64,000 bases of DNA, taken from contig JBHGNT010000016.1 of the NCBI GenBank assembly GCA_043228905.1, positions 2,914,001 through 2,978,000 of the forward strand, given 5' to 3'. The notes below the pieces were generated by a model, which saw only the letters and a list, made by a program, of their open reading frames with translations, searched no databases and was not told the origin of the DNA. Shown here piece after piece: positions 23,607-35,500 of the stretch. Source of the stretch: Azolla caroliniana. Taxonomy: Eukaryota; Plantae; Polypodiophyta. The position numbers and the translations under genes are program-made. Within the stretch, counting starts at the first letter, position 1. Each line of letters starts with the position of its first letter.

Positions 23607-26600
23607 TCTTGAGAGATCAAGCTCAACTTAGTTTAGTTAGTTAGTCAACACATGTAACTTAGTAGTTACCTAGATAGAATCTAGTTAGTGTGTTGACCAT
23701 AAAGCCTTAAATAGGATTTTGTACTCGAGTGGGATACATTGTAGATCCACCACTCCATGCTCATTTAATATAGGACTTACACGTTGTACCTATATTCTCC
23801 TAGCACATGTGCACCCTTGCACATGAAACCTATATATACCTCATTGAATGTATTTTTGTATTTGATGATAGTTGATGATATTTACCTTTTAACATACTTT
23901 ATCATCCCCCATCTTGTTTTTGTGTTCATAAGTGTACTTCTCTCTCTCTTCCTCTCACGCACACATACACGCACATATCACTTAATCTTCCATTATGTAA
24001 TCGCTTAACTTAATCACTTAATTAAGTAATAATTATTCATTAATTAATTACCTAATCCTTAACATGGTATTAGAGAGTGTGGTTTAGCATATCCACTAAG
24101 CCCACCCGACACTCCGTGATTGTGTTCAAAACGCCGACGACAAATCCGGTTATCCGCTATCGTAGTGCCGCTACGTAGCACGTATACGTGATCGAAGGAA
24201 GAAAAGCAAAAAGAGAAGACACTAATCAACATGAACACACAAATGGGTAGCTCGCTCCCTAGTGAAAAGTTAGACTAGAGCAATTATTCGTCTTGGGAGT
24301 ACAAGATGACCCAATACCTCATCGGACAAGGGTATTGGAGCTACGTCAACGACGCTCAAGAAAATCGACCCGACTCAAAAAATGTTGACTATGCAACATG
24401 GGAGCAAGCGGCGAGTCAAGTCATGTATTGCTTGGCAACATGTGTTCACGACCACATGCTTAGCCACATTCGAGACGCCAAGACGCCCAAAGAGGCGTGG
24501 GAGAACATAAAGAAAATGTTTGCCGCCAACACGACCGCCCGAAAGCTTCAACTCCGACAAGAGTTGAACAACATTCGGCAAAAAGACATGTCTGTGTCGG
24601 ACTACACCGCCAAGATCAAGAGCATTTGTGACTCGCTTGGCTCCATCAAAATAAACGTCGACGAAGACAAGTTGGTTCAAGTATGCTTGGGCGGCCTCAC
24701 CATTATGGACGACAATCTTGGTGAGAGAAAACCCTCTGTCATTCTTCGACCTCCAATCAATGCTATTGGTCGAACAGAACCACGTCTAAACCAAAAGCAA
24801 GACGTCGGAAGGACAAATGTTCTTCTCGAATTCAGACGGTGGCCGAGGAGAAGGTCACGACAGTAGAAGAGGTCAATTCGACCCATCACGCGAAGGGAAC
24901 TCAAACCTTCATGGAAGCCATCGAGGAACCTTCAGAAGAAGGGGGAGCTTCCACGTTGAACATGATTGGCAAATGAGGCCCGCAACTTGTAATTATTGCA
25001 GCAAAATAGGCTTCTACGAGGCGGAGTGTCGGAAAAAGAGAAGTCAGTCGGCTTCAACAAGTCGACACCTCACAAACTACGCATCGAACTCCGACCACGA
25101 CAACCGTAGCGGAATGTTCATGAATCACGCGTCCAATTCTGACTACGACGATCGTAGTGAAATGTTTACAAATTATGCCCCAAATTCCAACTACGGCAAC
25201 CGTGGCGGAATGTTCGTAATGAGGCATAGAGCGAACTCTATGACGGTCTCCAACTCCGCAAGCACCTCCAACTCAGAAGACGTGTGGTTCGTTGATTCCG
25301 GCGTCTCACATCACATGACATCTCACGAAGAGTGGTTTCCTTATTTACGAACGCCGGATCGACCCAGCTTCATACAGACGGGAGATGACACCACATACCC
25401 CATTCAACACATCGGAAATGTCCCATTCGAGAAAGAAGGGTGAGCAAACTTGCATCAAGAATGTCTTGCACGTGCCCACAATAACGAAGAATTTGGTCTC
25501 AGTCGGCCAAATCATGGAGCAGGCATGCAAGTCCGCTTCAACAAAGAAGGATGCTTCATCGAGAAAGATGGCCGACTCATAGCGAAGGGGCGGAGAGACG
25601 GCCGAATGTTCATCCTCAATTCGAATGAGGTGAAATCGGCAATGTACGCCAAAGGTCTCAAAGCTGAGACAAGCATCAAGTTGTGGCACAAGAGAATCGG
25701 CCACATAAACCTCCAACGGCTTTGAGCTATGCAAACAAAAGGAGTCGTCATCGGACTTCCGACATTCGAGTCAAAACGAGTCGATCGAGTATGCGAAGCG
25801 TGTCAACTTGGCAAATAACATAGACTTCCATTCCCCAAGGAGAGCCACGCAAGTAAAGGCCTCCTTGACGTCATACATTCGGATGTATGGGGACTGGTTC
25901 AAACGCCAACGATTGGCGGATGCCGATACTACGTAACCTTCATCGACGACTACTCGCGCTACGCGTGGATCTACCTAATGAAGAAGAAAAGCGAAGTGTT
26001 CTCCCACTTCCAAAAGCTCAAGGGGCAAGTCAAAAAAGAAACCGGTCGGCACATTCAATGCCTACGATCGGATGGAGGCAAGGAGTACTTCTCTGACAAA
26101 TTCACCTCCTACCTCCAAAGTGAAGGCATTTGAAGAGAATTCTTGTGCCGACACACACCCCAACAAAATGGAGTCGCCGAAAGGAAGAATCGGCAAATAC
26201 TCGAGGTAGCACGTGCCATGATGCATGAGAAGCACATGCCGAATTTCTATTGGGGCGAAGCGGCATCCACGGCCGTCTATCTCATGAATCGATGCACCAC
26301 TAATGGAGTGCATGAGCTAACTCCATACGAGCTCCTCATCGGAAGGAAGTTGATCCTGTCGCACCTCAAGGTGTTCGGAAGCATTGCGAATGTACGCATC
26401 CCGAACGAACAACAACAAAAGCCCGACGCGAAGTCGGAGGAATGTATCCTCATAGGATACTCGTTCGAGAAGAAAGCATACAAGTGCTACAACCCTTCTA
26501 CCCGAGCGGTTCGGGTAAAGTCGAGACGTAGTCTTCGATGAGTCCGCATCCTGGTACGCACTAGAGACAACTTTGACTCCAACTCCGCTCGACCCAGAAT

Positions 26601-27678
26601 CCGCCGAACAAGAGGTAGAAGATGGAGATCACTTCGAACACATGTTCGAAGAAAGTCTGATTACGACAAAGCCTAGTGGGCCACAAGAGCCCCCACGCTA
26701 CCCAAGCACGCCGCGGCCAAGTAAGAACTTGGACAAAGGCAAAGGTAAGATGCCCGAATACGAAGTCGACCACCCCGACGACAATGATTCGGATGGATCG
26801 GCTCCCTCACTAGACAGTGAGTTCGGTGTACCCTTCATGCGTACACTTGGAGTAAAGAAGGCGTTCACATCGGCGAGCAAAAAACTTCGATGCTCTTCTA
26901 GAGAGAAGAATCTCGTCGCTCGGCTCGGCTACAACGAGTAGATGGCCCATCATTACGCCTTTATGATGAAGGTAGTGGCCGAACAAGAGCCCAAGAGCTC
27001 CACCGAAGCAGCTCGTAACCCACGATGGGTGGAAGTAGTCAACCTTCACCCACACGCTACAAGCCTTCGTCACCGACTTGAGGGGGAGGACTTGAGATTG
27101 CCACGGCGAACAAAGCCAAAGGCCGGACGAAAGCCGCACAGAAGCCGACATCGAAAGTCAGACAACGCCGAAAACAACGCCGGATGTCGGACACCTCACA
27201 CTTGAGCTTGAGGGGGCGTGTTGAGAGATCAAGCTCAACTTAGTTTAGTTAGTTAGTCAACACATGTAACTTAGCAGTTACCTAGATAGAATCTAGTTAG
27301 TGTGTTGACCATAAAGCCTTAAATAGGATTTTGTACTCGAGTGGGATACATTGTAGATCCACCACTCCATGCTCATTTAATATAGGACTTACACGTTGTA
27401 ACTATATTCTCCTAGCACACATGCACCCTTGCACATAAAACCTATATATATACCTCATTGAAGGTATTTTTGTATTTGATGATAGTTGATGATATTTACC
27501 TTTTAACATACTTTATCATCCCCCATCTTGTTTTTGTGTTCATAAGTGTACTTCTCTCTCTCTTCCTCTCACGCACACATACACGCACATATCACTTAAT
27601 CTTCCGCTACGTAATCGCTTAACTTAATCACTTAATTAGGTAATAATTATTCCTTAATTAATTACCTAATCCTTAACA
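23607..27678 (+). mobile_element. Ty1/copia LTR retrotransposon with RT and most of RNase H deleted (non-autonomous, degenerate)
   Basis: LTRs 23607-24064 and 27219-27678 (about 12 substitutions by eye; 5' TG mutated to TC). TSD TCTCC (23602-23606 / 27679-27683). PBS TGGTATTAGAG (iMet-like) at 24065 and PPT before 27219. Contains gag, zinc knuckle, PR (WFVDSGVSHHM) and INT ([24 protein letters not shown]). Confidence 0.95.
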
Positions 27679-29749
27679 TCTCCCCTAATAGTAAATATTC
27701 CCAAAATAGATTGTACAATCCCACCACATGTTATGCATACATAAACCTTTGTGAGGGTAGGTCAATAATAAGTGATGGGTATGTTCCGATGTTAAAAAGG
27801 GACTAATGTTATTGGATAGAAGGAATAATAGGTGCATGCACTATCATGATCTTGATAACTAATAAATGGAGTGTCTTTTAGAAAAACACATATATCAGTG
27901 GGCTTATAAATATAAGGCCTAGCTAGCCTCGTGAAGCACGTTAAATTAGAAGGTTGAAATCTAAAGACACTAGCAGTGCGGGCTAGGATTTCATCACAAT
28001 GGTCGTGTTACCTATTTCAAGGTACCAGTCATCCTAACATTGGTGGCAGGTTGGCTATGTCTTCATCATATCTCAAGGGAGGTATGTACTATGGAGGATC
28101 GAGTTCTCCTATCCAATCTATTCACATTTCTCTTGCTTTTATTTGGTCTATTGATTAGTAATAAACTCTTAACACCTCATTCGTCCCAACAATTAAATTT
28201 AATTTGTGTCATTGACAATTAGCTAAAAAAACGAGCCAACAACATTAGTTGATTCCACACAACAATACATGTGCAATCTCATTGTATTGGTGAAAGTGTT
28301 GAACTCATCATTCACACAATGATGAGTAATCAATGATAACAATTATAAACAATAATTCATTTGCACAACTAATGAAGCTCTCAAACCAACTATTGATTGC
28401 ACTTGTTGATTCATCAACTAAGTAACATGACACAAACTCCCCATGTAATCAATTACAATTGGGTCATTGGAGAACGTTGTTATGGCATTGAATAATCTAT
28501 CTTATATCGATGAGATGTAAGGGCAATACATGGGTTGTTACTCTTGCGTGTCACACTATTAAGAGAATGATTTGTTATGAATGTTCAAGACAAAACTATT
28601 TACAAATAGGCATAGTTCTCTTCACCCACAAATACTTCTAAGGCTCTTTTGAGAAGGGAATTCCCTTGCATTTTTCATTGTGCAGCATAATAGCAATTCA
28701 TGAGAAAATGTTGCAATTTATAGGTATTTAGTAGAAGTTTTATATATAATATTTGATTTTATTCTTGTTGTAAATGTTTTTCAACTTGCCACTTCAAACA
28801 TTTGATTGATGTTGGCATGGATGAGAGCACATTTTTGTTGAGTGCTCTTGATTATTGTAAAACATGTAATGAGTTGCATTGAGTTGTGGTTTAACGTGCT
28901 TTCCCATGCGGGAAGTGGTCATTGTGGAGACTTCGTTGACGTAGATTGTGGACATTCTTGCTAGGATTTCATATGTTCGTTAGTGATACGTGTGCACCTT
29001 TAACTAACATCATAACTTTATGGGCATTGGGAGTGTCGAAGAATGGTATTGTGTTCAGTTTGTAAGGGTTTAAGACTTGAAAGCCATTCTATACAGATTA
29101 TATAGGGTTAAACATACCAAGGGAAATGACAAACATGGCAAGATGTTAATAGTTTTTTTCGACATTGAGAGACATGTGAATAACTATTGTGTGGTACGGT
29201 GTCTCTCATGGTGGATTGTAGTGAGAGTGATAAACAAAGAAACCGTGTTGTACAACCAAAAAATGTTCGCTAAGTCAATGATATGCATTCGGATATGGAT
29301 GCCATCAACCAAAATGAAACACGAGAATCAATATAGTTGTTCGTCCCTCATGAAGGCATTAACATGGATGGGTTGTGGGTTACTATGATGATTTTCCAAT
29401 TAATACAAACAAGGTTTGTATGGTTGGACATGTTTATAGAACTAGAATATCCCTAAAGTGGGAATTGTTGATTCGGTTATTGGGGGTTCCACGTACCAGT
29501 TAGACAAATAGTACAATCGCCTCTTTGATGCATTACTACCACTAGATAGAATATTTGTGGGATAAGTATCTATCAAATTCTCTCATAGACAATAAGTCTA
29601 CACAGACACACACACACACACACTCTCTCCCTCTCTCTCTCTTGGTAAAACACACAATTATATTAAAAAACGTGTGTAAAAAATACTTACAATGGGTGTG
29701 ACAATGGAGTATGGTCACCCACTAACTACACTACACTACATGGGTATTG

Positions 29750-29969
29750 GAACATGTTGAGTTGCCAATAAGCAAGACAAACACTCCACTGAGGAAAGAA
29801 TTTCCACTTGTTCCAATGAAGAAAATTGTCACATTAGTACTCCCTTCAACTTTCGTAGATATACTTTTACTCCATGTCTACCATCGAATACAAGAGCGTT
29901 GCGCATATTCCAATTATGACGCAATCCCCAATACCTAAGAAATAGAAAAACGATCTCCATCTCTGATTT
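29750..29969 (-). mobile_element. LINE remnant, downstream half, split by the copia insertion
   Basis: Joining across the TGGGT TSD gives WMFAQFTQVDPKSEMEIVFLFLRYWGLRHNWNMRNALVFDG (W-x-x-R-N-x-x-V-F motif). Confidence 0.7.
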
Positions 29970-32546
29970 TGGGTTGTTAAAGATTGCTTGTGGAAGCGTT
30001 AGAAAGAACAATACACAAAGAGAGAGAGAGAGAGAGAGAGTACGCGGGAGAGAGAGTGAGAGAGAGAGTAGGATACACTATTCTTCAAAATTATATGAAT
30101 ACTCTGTGCTCTGTATCTACAACGCGCTCATCAGCGCTATTTATACAAGTCCACACGGGACTGTTAGAAGTACGGTGTACTTCAATGCTCACACGAGCAT
30201 CTAACACTAACTACGAGACTATAACTGCCTATTAGTCTAACCTATACTAGGCTTCCGGTTACGGATTGGATCCGCCATACTGGCTCCCCAGCTCACCGGT
30301 CCTTACTGCTTACCAGCTCAGGCTTATTCAGCCGATCCAGCTCCGGTTGAGCTTGCCGCTAAACACTCCCCCCTCAAGCTCAACCTGAGGTAGGGTCGTA
30401 GTGTCAACCTCTGTGGTAGCCGGTTCTTCCAACCGACTTCTCTTGGCGTCGCTCGCGCTCCTTGTCCAGTCTGGTCCCGTTTGTTGTGACCCCTTTGGTT
30501 TTGTGCGCCTCGACCTTCGGCATGTCTGCTCAATAGGCCGATCTCAGCTCCTTCGCTGATATGACTCCGACGCTTGCCGATCCGTCGGTTCCTCTGCGAT
30601 GGCATCGACTTCTGCTGCGTCCGTGTCTCCTTGGCCTCTTGTTAATCCGATTCATTCAGATCCGTTTGTTGATCCGAATCGGTTGTCTCTGACTCGTTCC
30701 AGCTCTTGTCCGAATTAGTATTTTCCAATTCGATTTTCGGCTTCAGGCCTCTCACCACATCGGACCACGTCCGGGTCTTGGTCTTCTCCGTGCTTCCCTT
30801 GGCTTCTTCAACCGGTTCATCGAAGTCGAATGAAGAATTCGACTCCGCATTACGATCGTGATGACCTCCGCATAGCATGCACTTCTCTTCCTGAGTGTAT
30901 ACTTCTTCTTCACATCCGCTCACTCCGACCTATTCGGATGTGCCGACTTCCTTCGTCGACTCGGCTTCATTTTTCTTCTTGTCTCCACCTCTACCGATTC
31001 TTCTCTTACCTACGGGTTCAACAATTTTTTTCCCTTTGCCCGTTTCGGTAGTGTCTTTGCCCTTGCGTCTCCCCCTCAAGTGCGGCACGTCGAGATGCTG
31101 AACACCAAGCATTTCGGTAAAGTGTTGCAACTTGTCCGACCCGAGTGGCTTGGTGAAGATGTCGGCAACTTGTCGATCCGTGTGAACATACCGTTGTCGC
31201 GTTGTTACACGCGTGCGTGGAGAAGGGCGGAACCACGGGGGTCTTGGACTAAGGAGAAGGGGAGAAGGAATAGGACTTCGGAATGGAGCTTAGCACAAGA
31301 AGAGGAAGAATGAACAAGAGGAAGATGGAGGCCAAATGCTCAACAAGATATATTAGAACCGAAAACCGATTACAAAATGGCGGCCGCGTAGGCCGCACCA
31401 AACGACTATGATAAACCCGAAACCCTAATCCGACGAAGAAGAAAAGAAACCCTAACTAAGGAACCCTAAACGAAATGGTATACCTCACTCACACTCAAAA
31501 ATAAGGCAACCCCCACAATGGTGCTCTTCCTCTCCTTTTATAGCACAAGGAGAGAAGACCGTTTACAAAAAGGGTGCTACAAAATATCCCCTTTCAATCA
31601 ATGGGGATATTTCCCTTGATTTTAGGGGAGGTGGGAAGGATGGGTCTTAACTCCCACCTCTACACGAACTACTATGTACCTATCTCTCTCTCTCACGTGG
31701 ATGTGCGCGCAAAAGCACATCACCTTTACACTTTACAAATCCTAAGGTGCATTTCTAGCACCATACTTATCACTATCGATAAATAGAAATACAACATGTT
31801 GATGTGCAACGTTGCACATCGCGGTTTTGCTTGCTTCGCTCGGTTTTCCGCCTATGGACGAAAATCTTCACGACATCCGCCCCCACCTAACCGCACATCC
31901 ACCGGTATGTGCCAAAAGGGGAACAAAACGCGAGATTTTCGGCCAAGGCGGCCAACCGAGCCCTTGACAACCTCGTGGGCTTGCCCGGCTTCGTCTTCCA
32001 CTTCGAGCAAGTCCACCCCGTCCACACGAACCACCGTCGCCTTCCGGCCCACCATCTCCGCCGAATGGTCTCGAACCGTCGGCTCCATCCGATCCGCCAC
32101 ACTCGACGATGCTCGCCGAGTCGTTGCCTCCACCTGATCCGCCACGTCCACCGTGTTTCCTCGAACCACCGACTACACTCGGACCGCCATATCCGATGCC
32201 CGCGCTTTCCTCCCCGTTCGGTCCTCCCGAACGCCGTTGCCGACCCTTTGTCCGCCTCGCATATCCTCCGGATCCGCCTTTTTCGTGCCGCGCACCTCGT
32301 CGTGCCGACTCTTCTCGCTCCGCGCTTGCCTTCCGTAGGCTTTCCCCGTACGTCGGTGTTGTCCTCCGAATGCGTGCTCGTGCTTCGGTCCTTCGATGAC
32401 CCCATCATGCATTTTTCGCCTTCCCTTTGCTTGCCGTGCTCTCTCGCCGTAGAGCATACCATCGTTCCCGTGCTCGTTGCTTGGCCCTCATGCGGCCGCA
32501 TTGCACGTTTCGCATTCCGCTCCTCTTCGCGTACCCTTTCGGAAAG

Positions 32547-35500
32547 TTACCCTTCTTCCCCGACCTCCGTTTCGCTCGAAGGAACACCCTCTTGGCCCTC
32601 TTGGCCCGCTCGACCGCACACATCCTTCGTGATGTCGTGTTCGTTCCTTTGGGCGCATACATCTTCGTTCACCGCGACCTCCCGTATGCCTCTCTCGGTG
32701 CCTTCATCCGTTGTGGCCTTCGTCCCCTCGCCGCCACCGTCCGCCACTCTTGGTCTCACGTCGGCACTCGCGCCGATCGCCGGAGTCTCTATAGCCGGTG
32801 TGGAGGATCCCTCTCGGGTCTTATCTTCGTGGCCGCCGGTCTTAGCCTCTCCGTAGGCCACCTCTTCCCACCAATCTTCCCTAGCATCGTGCCGGGTCTC
32901 GTCGTCGCCGCCTTCCTCCTCGTATTCGCCTCTCGAAGGCGTGATCCGACCGTCATCTTCGGTCGCTCGATGTGGCTCCTTCGTAGGCATGCTTGTGTCT
33001 TGGCCCTCCATCGGCCGTATTGCATGCATCTCGTCTCGCTCTTCCGCCGTAGACCCGACCTCCGTGTCGGTCTTCTCCTCCTTTGTCGCCGTAGCCCGTT
33101 CCGACACGGGCTCGCCGTCTTGGACCCACCCGTCCACCATCTCGTACCGGATATCTGTTCTGGTAACCTCGTACGCTCCGGCCTCCGACTCCTCGCTGCC
33201 ACCCGCCGTTTCTCCGGTCTTATGTTGATCCGCAACCGCCGTAGTCTCTAGAGTGGGTATGGAGGGTCTCGTTTGTTTCCGTTTTTCCCCCGAACCATGG
33301 TCGTCGTGCCCGGTTAGCCTCCATCTCGCACTTACCGGCTCCCATCGTAACCGTAACCGTAACCGTAACCGTAACCGGCCAATCGGTCTGGCCGGCTTCC
33401 TTCGGTTTGGGCCCGGTTCGCCGGCCCTTACTCTCTTCTTCTTCCGTGCCGTATTCCGGTCGGGTCGGTTCCCGACTCTCTCCTCGTTTCCGCTCCGGTC
33501 CTCTCCGTCGGACCCACCGTATACGCCCATTCCGGGCCCCGCATACTCGTCTTCGTATGCGCTCTCTCCGGGCCTCACCTCCTCACGGTCACCGCCCATC
33601 TCTCCGGTCTCACGTTGGCATTCGAGCACAACCGCCGAAGTCTCCGGCCCCGGTGTCAAGGGGTCTTGCCTCCGTCCGCTCCAATCTTCCTTCTCGTTTC
33701 CGTTGCCCGCCCTGCCGCCGTCACCTCCCGTCGCACTAAGCCTCATGCCGGCACTCGGGCCGGCCATTGGAGCCTCTAGGATTGGTGTGGGTAAGGACCC
33801 GGCACCGCCGCTTGTTGTCTCCGTAACCGCTTTCGTTCGGACGTCGTTGTCCGCGGCTCCCCCATCTCCGATTCCGTAAGCCTCTAGTATGCTTGCCACC
33901 ACCTCTTCTTCGCCGTTCTCCGCATCATTTTGTTTGCCCGCCTTGCCGCCGCCACCGCCCGTCGTTCTAGGTCTCGTGCCGGCACTCGGGCCGACCGCCG
34001 AAGCCTCTAGGGCCGGTGTGTGGAAGGTCGCGGCACCACCGCTCGCCTCCTCTCCGCTCGATGTTTTGGGCCGCCGTGCCCCGAATCTTCCGCCCACTTT
34101 CGAAGTGGCGCTCTCCGCTTTGTAGTCACCGGCCTCATCCTTGGCCGTCCATTCGCCGCAAGACGAGAGGGTTGCTCGCTCCGCACCCTCTCCCATGTCG
34201 TCGTCGTTTCGGTTGCCCGCCTTGCCGCCGCCACCGTCCGTCACTCTAGGCCTCTCGCCGGCTCTCGGGCCGGGTGCCGGAGTCTCTAGGACCGGTGTGT
34301 GGAAGGTCGCGACACCACCACTCCTCTCGTCCGTAGCCACCTCCATTCGGACATCGTCGTCCGTGGCTACCCCGTCTTCGGTTTCGCAAGCATCGAGTAT
34401 GCTTGCCGCCGCCTCTTTTTCGCCGGTCTCGTCCTTATCTCGGTTGTCCGCCTTGCCGCCGCCACCGTCCGTAGCTCCAGGTCTCGTGCCGGCACTCGGG
34501 CCGACCGCCGAAGCCTCTAGGGCCGGTGTGTGGAAGGTCGCGACACCGACGCTCGTCTCCTCTTCCTCCTCCATTTCGCAAGCCTCGAGTATGCTCGCGA
34601 AATCCTCGTAGAACGTTTCGGGCAACCGCGTCCCGAAACTTCCGCCCACTCTCGAAGTGGCGTCCATCGCTCCGTAGATATCGGCCTCGTCCATGGCCGT
34701 TCTTTTTCCCCGAGATGAGACGGTCGCTTGCTCCGCACCTTCTCTCGTGTCGACGCCGTGGTCGCCCGCCTTGCCACAGCCACCGCCTTTCACCATAGGT
34801 CTTACGCGGGCACTCGGGCCGGCCGCCGTGATCTCCAGGAATGACGCGTGTAAGGTCGCGGGACCGCCGCTCGTCGATGTAATGTCCGCAGCCACCTCCG
34901 CTCGGACGTCGTTGTCCGTGGCTACCCCGCCTCCGTATATGCAAGCATCGGTTATGCTTGCCGCCGCTTCTTCCGCGGTCTCCTTACCGTTGTCTCGGTT
35001 TCCCGCCTTGCCGCCGCCACCGTGCTTTTCCCTCGGTCTCACGCGGGCGCTCGGGCCGGCCGCCGGGGTCTCTTGAACCGGTGCGTGGAAGGTTGCGGTA
35101 CCGCCGCTTGTCTCCTCCGTACTCGATGATTCGGGCCACCATGTCCCGAATCCGCCATGTCCGCTCGAATCGGCGATCGCCGCCTCACCGTCCCCGACCT
35201 CGTCCTCGGTCGTTCTTTCCCCCCATGTCGAGAGGGCGGCTCGCTCCGCACCCTCTCCCGTGGTACCGATGTACCATTCTCTTTCGGCCTCCGCATAGGC
35301 CCCGTCCTCCATGTGTGAGGAAGCTCCTTCCTCCGCGTCCTCCGATCCGCTCGGGCCCGACCCCGCAATAAGCCATTCTTCGGCTTCGATTTTCGCCATT
35401 ACGAGCCCGCACGCCTCCCGTATTAGCGCTTGTAGGTCGAGCCCCTCCAAACCGGTTCGCGATGAGCTCTCGTCCGGCGGCATGGCGTAGTCGGTCGTCG

